NCBI GenBank assembly: GCA_013329045.1
Contig: DUKZ01000038.1
Span: 126,294-190,293, forward strand
DNA from: Candidatus Woesearchaeota archaeon
Lineage (GTDB): Archaea > Nanobdellota > Nanobdellia > Woesearchaeales > UBA9989
Direction: 5' to 3'
Length of the DNA: 64,000 bases
This document shows, piece by piece, positions 52,855 to 60,005 of this stretch; position 1 is the first letter of the stretch, and each line of letters opens with the position of its first letter. Position numbers and translations under genes: made by a program. The notes beneath the pieces were generated by a model that made no database searches, was not told the DNA's origin, and saw only the letters and a program-made list of their open reading frames with translations.

Positions 52855-53458
52855 TTTTTCCTCCTTTAGTAAGATAACAATAGGGGATGTACCCATAGTA
52901 AATTATGCTGTTCTTTGCTATTTGTTTACCAACATTCTCCTCCTCTGTTTTGAGCATTTCTCCAAATTCATTTCTTAAGAAGACATGATAATCTATTGGG
53001 ATGATCTCTCTTCGCCTTATCGTTTCAAGAAGCGGAGTGCAGTCTTTTTTTGCTTGCTTTGAATCGACAATTATTGCAACATCCAGGTCAGACTTTTCTG
53101 TCGTTTTGCCTTTTGCATAACTGCCAAATATTGCCAGAATAAAGAAAGGGGTCTGCTTGAGCAGTTTGGATTTGATCTCTTCTAGAATCGGCATGGGGAT
53201 CTTGCTTTTCTCGATTTCACTTTCGTTCATGAGGTTGAGGTATGACAATGATGTATTCGTGAGCATTATGGTATAAACACTCACATCGCCAATTTGTTTT
53301 ACACTTAAGATGTTTTGTTTAAGAAATTCCTTTACTGCTCCCTGGATCATGCTGTTTGACTTTTGTTTGCTTTTCTGCTTGATCTGCTTAAAGGTCAAGC
53401 TCTCTGACAGGTTCTCTTTGAAGACGGAGAGTATTGATACCTGTTTTTTTGTGAGCAT
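52847..53458 (-). CDS. wHTH-fused minimal nucleotidyltransferase (MNT)
   Basis: FGSYAKGKTTEKSDLDVAIIV (GSx..DxD) preceded by a ~90-aa winged-helix-like N-terminus. TTTATAAA box ~25 nt upstream. Confidence 0.82.
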   Translation of the reverse strand: MLTKKQVSILSVFKENLSESLTFKQIKQKSKQKSNSMIQGAVKEFLKQNILSVKQIGDVSVYTIMLTNTSLSYLNLMNESEIEKSKIPMPILEEIKSKLLKQTPFFILAIFGSYAKGKTTEKSDLDVAIIVDSKQAKKDCTPLLETIRRREIIPIDYHVFLRNEFGEMLKTEEENVGKQIAKNSIIYYGYIPYCYLTKGGKNE

Positions 53459-53554
53459 ATAGGCTGGAATGTGAGGAAGTTTATAAATTTACCTTAAAAC
53501 AGGTAAAAGAATACCTAGAAATAGGTAATTAAATGCTCCACCTGTTATTAGTGG

Positions 53555-53590
53555 GCAGAAGAACATGGAAGCATCGACGATTGAAGGGTT
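53555..53590 (+). repeat. 36-nt direct repeat, copy B (orphan remnant of a Toprim C-terminus beyond the HEPN/MNT cassette)
   Basis: In the same frame it reads ..QKNMEASTIEGLKVMG*, versus ..QKNTEASTIEGLKAT* in the intact gene. Confidence 0.88.
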
Positions 53591-53634
53591 AAAAGTGATG
53601 GGTTGATAAACACCTTGATGAGCTACCAATAAAT

Positions 53635-53877
53635 TTAATTGCTTCTTAATATTATCCATCCTGCTGATATGATTATTATTCCAGCTAAATAGTAGATGAG
53701 TGAGTAGGATATTCTTACATACCTCTTATTCAGCTCGGCAGTATCTTTTGTGAATAGGCGGATGAATCTCCGGTTTATCTCTATCATATAAGCAACGAAA
53801 TATTTGTTCAAAGTTATCATGACAGTCCCAATTATGATGAATATGGTTCCAATAATCTGATCATACATTTGTGTCAC
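53635..53877 (-). CDS. small two-TM membrane protein, hypothetical
   Basis: 80 aa. Start overlaps the hef stop by 4 nt, suggesting co-transcription. Confidence 0.5.
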   Translation of the reverse strand: MTQMYDQIIGTIFIIIGTVMITLNKYFVAYMIEINRRFIRLFTKDTAELNKRYVRISYSLIYYLAGIIIISAGWIILRSN

Positions 53878-56081
53878 TCTTTCCCATACTCTCTCTCTAC
53901 CATATCCTTGATCTTCTTTGCTTTTTCCTTGCCGATCTTCTCGATCTTCTGGAGGTCTTGTTCTGATGCGTTGATGATGTTTTGGATGGTTGAGAAATGC
54001 TTGAGGAGGGAGGGGGCAAGCTGCGGGCCGATGCCTGGAAGAGATGAAACGATGTATTCTTGCTGCTCCTTTGGAGTCATCGGCTTTTTGCTGGCATGAG
54101 GGTCAAATGTTTTCTTGTCATCTTCCTGCTCCCTTTTTGCGATGAGATAGATCAGGGCGGCGGTTTCCTTTCCATTCCTGGTTTGGATGAGGGGAATGCC
54201 AAAACTCATGGTAATTGTTGCCAGCATCCCTCTGATAGCATTTGGGTGAACATTTCTTACACTGAAGATATCCTGCTCACCTTCTATGATAACGAGAGGG
54301 CGATCGAAAGTGTATCTTAGCACCTTGAGCTGATCGAGGAGCCTGCCATCAAGGATTGAGGAGACAAAGTCCTCCACCGCTTTTCGCTCGATCGCTGCCC
54401 TTTCGCTGACGATAAAGTCTGCGCAGGGAAGCTGCCCCAGCTTAATCTCTGCCCCAAGGGAGAGGAGCTCTTTAATGACTGTGCTGCCTTTCTCCCGAAC
54501 ATCAGCGATGATGACAACCTTCTTTTCGAAATCGTTGAGGGTCTTTTCTTTCGCTGGTTTTGCGAACTGGACGTCTTTCTTCAAGGTTGAAAGGCTGCGG
54601 AACATGCGCTTTTCCTTATGATGCGCAGACCAGCGGTAATTCTCATCAATCGTCTTTTCAGCAACAAGGATGATAACCCTTCCTTTTTCCTGCCGCCCTG
54701 TCCTCCCACGCCTCTGGATATGGCGTATTGCTGAAGGGATTGGCTCATAGAAAATGACGAGATCCACTTTTGGGATATCGAGCCCCTCCTCTCCTACGGA
54801 TGTCATAATGATGACATTGAACGCACCTTCACGAAATTTTTCGAGGAGGGATATCTGCTCTTTTTGGCTCATACCGGTATCATTCTTCTTTGCCTGCCCG
54901 ACAAACACTTTTGGGATGACATTCTTTAAGCTTGATAATTCCCGCTGTACTGCCACAACATTATCACGGTACTGGTTGAAGATGATGATCTTTGCCTTTG
55001 GGTTTTCCTCGATTTCCTTCTCAATGATTTCCTTGAGTTTGCCAATTTTTGGATGAGAAATGTTCTTATCCCTCAACTCCCTTGCGAGATACAATGCTGC
55101 CTTGAAATGCTGGTCCTCGAAAATCCTCTTTATAGCCTTTGATGTTGATGCGGTATACTCGTTTTCGAGCTTATCCAGATATTTGCATAATGTGGTGATG
55201 CCTTGAGTCTGGGTGATCTCCATTGCATGATACACCTTCATCGCTTCTGCCACCAAGGATATGCCGCGCCACAACTGCGGCGTCTTTTCCCCCTGAGCAA
55301 TCTTTGCCTGTATCTGGCCTTGCAATGAGAGGATGTCTGTTTTTGAGATGTATGCGAGGTTTTCCTTTTGGAGCACCCCTATCTCTTTTAGTTCCTGATA
55401 TCTTGTGTGCAGGAACATCTCAAAATATTTCTTGACTTTCATCAATTCATCCGGCAGGGCAACCTTCACCCATTCAACATCAATCTCCTGGACATATGGC
55501 TGGACATCCGGGTCACTGTGGGAACGAGACTCGATCTCCTCGATGAATAAAGTCGAGATGATCTCCTGGATCGATTCCTTATCCGAGCCAGGAGAGGCAG
55601 TGAGGCCAAGAATCCTTGGATATCTTGCCTTGGCATGGTACTGCTTTGCAATCCATACATAAGAATACTCTTTCACAGCACGATGGGCCTCGTCGATGAC
55701 CAACAGCGAGACGTCTTCTAGTTTGATCCTTCCTGCAATGATATCGTTTTCAAGACCTTGGGGGGTTGAAAAGATTATTTTTGCCTCTTTCCATAACTTT
55801 TCTCTTGTTTTTGGCTTGACAAAACCGGTGAATACAGCGAATTGATTCTCCGGGAGCTCAAGAAAGGACCTGAATGATGCAAGGTGCTGATTGACTAGCG
55901 GCCGTGTTGGAGAGAGCATCAATACTTTTGAATTTGGAAACTGCTGCAGCCGATGAGCTGAGAGCATGATGGCAATAGCTGTTTTTCCCATCCCTGTCGG
56001 GAGGACTACCAGGGTGTTCTTTTGGGATGCTTTGGCGAAAATGGTCTGCTGATACAGCCTGGGGGAGATGTCCTTGAGCAT
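53874..56081 (-). CDS. hef: Hef (helicase-associated endonuclease for forked structures; XPF/FANCM-like)
   Basis: SF2 helicase (PTGMGKT, VIDEAH), ERCC4 nuclease (ADFIVSERAAIERKAVEDF) and a C-terminal HhH2 (LPGIGPQLAPSLL...IEKIGKEKAKKI). Confidence 0.92.
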   Translation of the reverse strand: MLKDISPRLYQQTIFAKASQKNTLVVLPTGMGKTAIAIMLSAHRLQQFPNSKVLMLSPTRPLVNQHLASFRSFLELPENQFAVFTGFVKPKTREKLWKEAKIIFSTPQGLENDIIAGRIKLEDVSLLVIDEAHRAVKEYSYVWIAKQYHAKARYPRILGLTASPGSDKESIQEIISTLFIEEIESRSHSDPDVQPYVQEIDVEWVKVALPDELMKVKKYFEMFLHTRYQELKEIGVLQKENLAYISKTDILSLQGQIQAKIAQGEKTPQLWRGISLVAEAMKVYHAMEITQTQGITTLCKYLDKLENEYTASTSKAIKRIFEDQHFKAALYLARELRDKNISHPKIGKLKEIIEKEIEENPKAKIIIFNQYRDNVVAVQRELSSLKNVIPKVFVGQAKKNDTGMSQKEQISLLEKFREGAFNVIIMTSVGEEGLDIPKVDLVIFYEPIPSAIRHIQRRGRTGRQEKGRVIILVAEKTIDENYRWSAHHKEKRMFRSLSTLKKDVQFAKPAKEKTLNDFEKKVVIIADVREKGSTVIKELLSLGAEIKLGQLPCADFIVSERAAIERKAVEDFVSSILDGRLLDQLKVLRYTFDRPLVIIEGEQDIFSVRNVHPNAIRGMLATITMSFGIPLIQTRNGKETAALIYLIAKREQEDDKKTFDPHASKKPMTPKEQQEYIVSSLPGIGPQLAPSLLKHFSTIQNIINASEQDLQKIEKIGKEKAKKIKDMVEREYGKE

Positions 56082-56140
56082 TTATTGAGGAAGGGTTCTT
56101 GACTATAAAATTATTTTGGTCAAAGAGAGAGGAACTCTTG

Positions 56141-56458
56141 TCATAAGAGTTTTATTCTCTTGCTCGTAAACAAAAAATGGCCGAGCGCAGAGCCTCCCGC
56201 AAATGAAAGAAGAACGGGGAAGAACCCTGCTGCAATCATTGCTACCAAAAGAAATGCAATCGTAATGACTATGATACCCACTCTTGGCCTTTCTTGCAGC
56301 TTGAGCCATGCCCGGGTGATCATTATCCCAAAAAGAAACATGATAATGAGCAGCATCGTCCTTGTCGTGGTGATGGTCACAAATATTCCTAAAATGAGCA
56401 CGAGAAGGAATGCATACTCTATATACACATCATTGAAGCCGGATCCCTTCTTTTCCAT
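56141..56458 (-). CDS. small integral membrane protein, hypothetical
   Basis: 105 aa with 3 hydrophobic helices. The start (MEKKGSGF) lies 1 nt after the stop of the upstream M50 gene. Confidence 0.5.
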   Translation of the reverse strand: MEKKGSGFNDVYIEYAFLLVLILGIFVTITTTRTMLLIIMFLFGIMITRAWLKLQERPRVGIIVITIAFLLVAMIAAGFFPVLLSFAGGSALGHFLFTSKRIKLL

Positions 56459-56459
56459 G

Positions 56460-57239
56460 TCAGTACGGCAATGCCTCCCTCTCGAACATGAAGAAAAACA
56501 ATACAGCGAGGACAATTCCACCAAGAAGCGTTGCGAACATGGAATAGATGCCAAGGGTCAAGACAAGCACTGCATAGATCAGGATGCATCCAAAGAAGAA
56601 CACATACCAGCCTCTCGATGTGAAAAAGCATGTTGCCCCATCCATCGGCGGGATTGGCATCATATTGAAAATTGCATAGTATAAGTTGAAGCGGATGGCC
56701 TGGGAGATCACATAGCTTGGTGCTGCCGTCCCGCTGGGAATAATAATCGAGCCAACAGAGATGATCTTGAACATGCCGGCAAGAATGACATTTGAGAGGA
56801 TTGCCGGATAGATTGTCTTTGCCTGGTCCCAATAGTTCAAGCCATAACGGAACAATCCTGTCCTATGGACTGCCATGTGGTAGAAAAAGGGGCCTGTGCT
56901 AAAGAGGAGAAAGAGATGGCCTCTTGTGACGAAGGCAAGGACGAGCCCAAAAAAGAGGCCGTAGAGCCAGAGCCTTCCTTCATAGCGAAAGCCCATGTAT
57001 AATGCTGCCAGCTTGTGCATAGACTCATGGACAATTACCCCAACGCCAACAACAATTGCCGTGAGCAGAAAACTCCTTGACCCAAATGCCGGGTCGATCT
57101 TGTCGATCCCCCAGTCACGAAAGGACATGATGAATGCAAAGACCAAGGTGACAATGACAATATTTCGGATCTCCTCGGCACTAAAGCGAAAATACCGCTT
57201 TACCTTGTCCTTGTAGTCAAACCAGCCCTGGACGGTCAT
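56460..57239 (-). CDS. M50-family site-2 protease (membrane metalloprotease)
   Basis: HESMHKLAA (HExxH) within a TM helix, multiple TM segments, and a downstream Asp-containing helix (NMMPIPPMDG). Confidence 0.82.
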   Translation of the reverse strand: MTVQGWFDYKDKVKRYFRFSAEEIRNIVIVTLVFAFIMSFRDWGIDKIDPAFGSRSFLLTAIVVGVGVIVHESMHKLAALYMGFRYEGRLWLYGLFFGLVLAFVTRGHLFLLFSTGPFFYHMAVHRTGLFRYGLNYWDQAKTIYPAILSNVILAGMFKIISVGSIIIPSGTAAPSYVISQAIRFNLYYAIFNMMPIPPMDGATCFFTSRGWYVFFFGCILIYAVLVLTLGIYSMFATLLGGIVLAVLFFFMFEREALPY

Positions 57240-57322
57240 GGGGTTCTTTTATAAATAGAAGTATAAAAGAGTTATGGAAAAAAGATTGTAAGATTATTTG
57301 TTTGTTGATCCCTTTCAGAGTC

Positions 57323-57411
57323 GCAACACCATCATTGGCTGGCAGACCGCTTTTCTCGCCTCTGCTCGAAAAGCTCGCGATGAGGCATCGCGTCTGCGCC
57401 AATGGTGTTGC
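57323..57411. repeat. Y-shaped palindromic element E1 (three-way junction, ~89 nt)
   Basis: The outer stem GCAACACCAT[CAT]TGGC[TG]GCAGAC pairs with GTCTGC-GCCA-ATGGTGTTGC (20 bp, with 3-nt and 2-nt bulges). Inner hairpins are GCTTTTC(12)GAAAAGC and CGCGATG(3)CATCGCG. The element is GC-rich in an AT-rich spacer, 14 nt downstream of the traB stop. Confidence 0.7.
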
Positions 57412-57425
57412 TTTCCTTCTTCTTT

Positions 57426-58103
57426 TCATTCAACGTGGAATGAGAAAGATGTTTGCGGCTCTGAAAGGAGCTTTTTTAGTCCTTCTTCATGCCCTGCGCC
57501 AACGATAGCCAGAATCTTTTCTTCAGGATTCTCATTGGCAATGGCCCTCAGATTTCTTGCCATTACTTTATCCCTCTCAGTGACCAGGGCATGATAAATT
57601 CTTGGATAATCTTTTTTGACCAACTCGAGTATTTTCTTAATTACCTCCTTGTCTGGAACTGTGGAGAGATCAAATTCTATGACAGGTTTTCTGAGAATAA
57701 GCCCTCTAAAGAGGTCTTTTAGCATCTGCCATACATCACGAAAAGAAACAGCCTTTGTGAGATGATTTAGGGTTATTTGAATATCCTGGTCAATGAGGGC
57801 AATCTTCTTATTTTTTGCTTTTCCCTGTTTGTAGGCAGTGAGCATCTCTGTTCCGGGGCTGATTCCCACAGAGGAACCCAGCTTCTTTTGAGCCCACTGT
57901 GCGATTGATAGGATAAGGTATGCCTTTACTCCAACATCACTGATACGGGTTTTTTCCCTCTTTTTTGAGAGCAGGGCTGCCAGGCGGCGGGGATCTAATT
58001 CAATGGCAATGATGCCCGGATTGATTTTTTCTATTGCTTCCTTGACCTCTTTTACTGACTGCCTTGCAATGTGGGAAGTGCCAAGGATGAATATTTCTGC
58101 CAT
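57426..58103 (-). CDS. TraB/PrgY/GumN-family protein
   Basis: ILGTSHIARQSVKEVKEAIEKINPGIIAIELD...GAGHEEGL is the TraB-family signature. Confidence 0.8.
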   Translation of the reverse strand: MAEIFILGTSHIARQSVKEVKEAIEKINPGIIAIELDPRRLAALLSKKREKTRISDVGVKAYLILSIAQWAQKKLGSSVGISPGTEMLTAYKQGKAKNKKIALIDQDIQITLNHLTKAVSFRDVWQMLKDLFRGLILRKPVIEFDLSTVPDKEVIKKILELVKKDYPRIYHALVTERDKVMARNLRAIANENPEEKILAIVGAGHEEGLKKLLSEPQTSFSFHVE

Positions 58104-58172
58104 AGGGTTTTGTGAGCAGGAGGTGGTTTAATAATATGCCGGGAGTGATTATGGTTTTGAGAATTCTCTGTT

Positions 58173-58259
58173 GAGAAAACAACAAAAATGGCAACAAATC
58201 GGTTTCTTTTAGAAACCTAGCTTTAGATACTAAAGCTTTTGTGCCATTGTTGTTTTCTC
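58173..58259. repeat. Y-shaped palindromic element E2 (three-way junction, ~87 nt), same architecture as E1
   Basis: The outer stem GAGAAAACAACAA[AAA]TGGCA[A]CAAA pairs with TTTG-TGCCA-TTGTTGTTTTCTC (22 bp, with a 3-nt bulge). Inner hairpins are GGTTTC(5)GAAACC and AGCTTTAG(3)CTAAAGCT. It lies 70 nt upstream of the traB start. Confidence 0.7.
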
Positions 58260-58373
58260 TAATTATCTTGTTTTTTCCTCCAAAATCCTTCTCTTACCGT
58301 TACTCTGGTTCGACTCTTTTAAAACAGAAAACTATAAATAGTTGGATGAGCGCTATGAGAGGACGAGGCCAAA

Positions 58374-58655
58374 ATGCTCAAGATGAAACGTGTCAAGGAA
58401 ACATACGATATGAAAGTATTTACGGATGCAGGCGACTATTTTGGCGATGTTGAAGAGTGCATCCTGACACAAAACAAGGTTTTTGGATGGCGGGTCCGGG
58501 CGACAAAGAACTCGTTCCTGAACAAGGCTCTTGGGAGCGCCAAAGGAGTCATTGTCCCCCACCAGCTGGTAAAGTCTGTTGGAGATGTGTTTATCATCTC
58601 TAAAAATGCCTTAAATTTTGGGCCCGATGAGAACCATCCAGACCCAGATGAGTAG
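58374..58655 (+). CDS. PRC-barrel domain protein
   Basis: 93 aa: MKVFTDAGDYFGDVEECILTQNKVFGWRV...GVIVPHQLVKSVGDVFII. Confidence 0.7.
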   Translation: MLKMKRVKETYDMKVFTDAGDYFGDVEECILTQNKVFGWRVRATKNSFLNKALGSAKGVIVPHQLVKSVGDVFIISKNALNFGPDENHPDPDE

Positions 58656-58662
58656 GGAAATG

Positions 58663-58670
58663 TTTTTATT
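58663..58670 (+). promoter_or_regulatory. TATA-box candidate for the tRNA-Gly gene
   Basis: TTTTTATT ends 25 nt upstream of tRNA position 1 (58696) and is preceded by the purine-rich GGGAAA. Confidence 0.4.
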
Positions 58671-58695
58671 CTGCTGATTTTTCACTTCTTCTGAT

Positions 58696-58872
58696 ACGGC
58701 TGTGTTGTAGTGGTAGCAAACCACCCTCCCACTGAACCGGGTGCCTGAGTATTGGTGCCCAGGAGAACGGTGGAAGCCCGGGTTCAAAATCAGGTTATGG
58801 GGTTTTGGATGCGGCATACCGGCTTGGAACCGGGGTGCTGGCCTATGCTGATTGAAAGTCCCGGCAGCCGTA
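58696..58872 (+). tRNA. tRNA-Gly (anticodon CCC) with two introns: 36 nt at 37/38 and ~70 nt in the T-loop at 58/59
   Basis: Cloverleaf elements:
- Acceptor stem ACGGCUG/CAGCCGU, then U8.
- D-arm UUGU-AGUGGUA-GCAA.
- Anticodon stem CCACC (58721-25) / GGUGG (58769-73), with loop CUCCCA|C.
- Variable loop AAGC.
- T-stem CCGGG (58778-82) / CCCGG (58860-64), with T-loop UUCAA|GU.
- Discriminator A.

Bulge-helix-bulge-like geometry is present at both intron boundaries. The mature length is 71 nt, and no CCA is encoded. Confidence 0.8.
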
Positions 58873-58942
58873 TTCTCTCATCTTCTGTTTACTTTGGAAA
58901 AAAAACGAAACACGTATAAACTTGAGTTACTATCTGTTAACT

Positions 58943-59491
58943 ATGGTAAACAGATATTTATCTGAGTTAACAAATCTGCAACAAGGGATCATCAGAGTTC
59001 TCTCTGTAAAATCGGGAACAAGCCTCACTCAAAGGGCTCTGGCAAATCTCCTTGGAGTATCTCCGCCCGCAGTGATAAAGGCGCTTCCTGCACTAACAAA
59101 GAGATCCCTCATAAAGGTAACACAAGATAAAGAGTCAAAAAGATGGTCCATAGAGCTAAACAGGGACAACACCCTTATCATGCAGCAAAAGAGGGCGGAC
59201 AATTTACGGCTAATCTATGAATGCGGGCTTTTTAGCTATCTTGAAAAAGAATTCGCAGGAGCAACAATCATCCTGTTTGGCAGCTATTCTCGAGGAGAAG
59301 ACACGCTTCACTCAGATATTGACATTGCAGTAATCGGAAGAAGGGATAAAAGAATTCATTTGGATATATTTGAGAAGAAACTTGAGAGACAGATACACAT
59401 CATTTTTTTTGATACTTTTAAAGAAATCCATAAGCACCTCAAAGAGAACCTCTGCAATGGCATTGTTCTTGCAGGAGGAATCCAACTGTGA
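58943..59491 (+). CDS. wHTH-fused minimal nucleotidyltransferase (MNT), second copy
   Basis: The wHTH LTQRALANLLGVSPPAVIKAL precedes FGSYSRGEDTLHSDIDIAVIG. The first ATG in the TTG-initiated ORF 58922..59491 is used. Confidence 0.8.
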   Translation: MVNRYLSELTNLQQGIIRVLSVKSGTSLTQRALANLLGVSPPAVIKALPALTKRSLIKVTQDKESKRWSIELNRDNTLIMQQKRADNLRLIYECGLFSYLEKEFAGATIILFGSYSRGEDTLHSDIDIAVIGRRDKRIHLDIFEKKLERQIHIIFFDTFKEIHKHLKENLCNGIVLAGGIQL

Positions 59492-59940
59492 GACCGATAA
59501 GAACATTTGATGAATTCATAAAGCTGGGCGTAGCAAAAAGGCAAAGCACAGATATCTCCAGAGCGAAATTCTTGGTTGGCGAGTCAGAACAGAACCGAGG
59601 TGCCCTCTTGGACCTATTGAAAAAGGTACATATAAACGATAAGAATGCTAATAGCATAATAAAGCTTGCTTATGATATTATCATGGGGCTTGTTCGGGCA
59701 AAAATGCTCCTTGATGGGTATCATGCAACAGGCCAAGGAGCACATGAGGCAGAAGTATCCTATTTTCGGCTGCTTGGGTTAAAAGAGGCTGATGTCCAAT
59801 TTGCCGACCAGCTGAGGTATTTTAGGAACGGCATGCTCTATTATGGGACAATAATGGATAAAGAATATGCAAGGAAAGTATTGAATTTCTTGAATGATAA
59901 GTATCCCCTTCTCAAAGAAATGACAAAAACAAAAAGATAA
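59488..59940 (+). CDS. HEPN-like protein (partner of the second MNT)
   Basis: 150 aa, helical. The 4-nt overlap with the MNT gene suggests co-transcription. LRYFRNGMLYYG resembles a degenerate R-N-x3-H/Y HEPN motif. Confidence 0.65.
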   Translation: MRPIRTFDEFIKLGVAKRQSTDISRAKFLVGESEQNRGALLDLLKKVHINDKNANSIIKLAYDIIMGLVRAKMLLDGYHATGQGAHEAEVSYFRLLGLKEADVQFADQLRYFRNGMLYYGTIMDKEYARKVLNFLNDKYPLLKEMTKTKR

Positions 59941-60005
59941 CAACCATTTATCCCTTCCACCTCTACTCGAACAAGAATGAAAGTCTTTTTAAAAATACAT
60001 TCCCC

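Noticed and set aside
56160-56684. 174-aa plus-strand ORF across the M50/small-membrane-protein junction.
   Set aside because: It is antisense to two hydrophobic minus-strand genes that have proper start/stop coupling. Its translation is a mirror-image hydrophobic artefact.
57217-57429. 70-aa minus-strand ORF overlapping element E1.
   Set aside because: The reading frame is produced by the GC-rich palindrome itself, gives an Arg/Ser-rich translation, and overlaps the traB stop. A structured non-coding element explains it better.
58695-58873. I first read this GC-rich, strongly base-paired ~180-nt intergenic RNA as a reduced SRP (7S) RNA, because CCCAGGAGAACGGUGGAAGCCCGGGUUCAAAA loosely resembles helix 8.
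   Set aside because: The conserved helix-8 GNAR/AGCA loop pattern does not fit. The whole sequence resolves instead into a canonical tRNA-Gly cloverleaf once two BHB-bounded introns are removed.
59975-59985. GAATGAAAGTC downstream of the second MNT/HEPN pair matches 8-9 nt of the tRNA-Gly 3' region (ATTGAAAGTC). It could be an att remnant.
   Set aside because: The match is too short to be distinguishable from chance, and it lies inside the tRNA intron/T-loop junction rather than at the tRNA 3' end.
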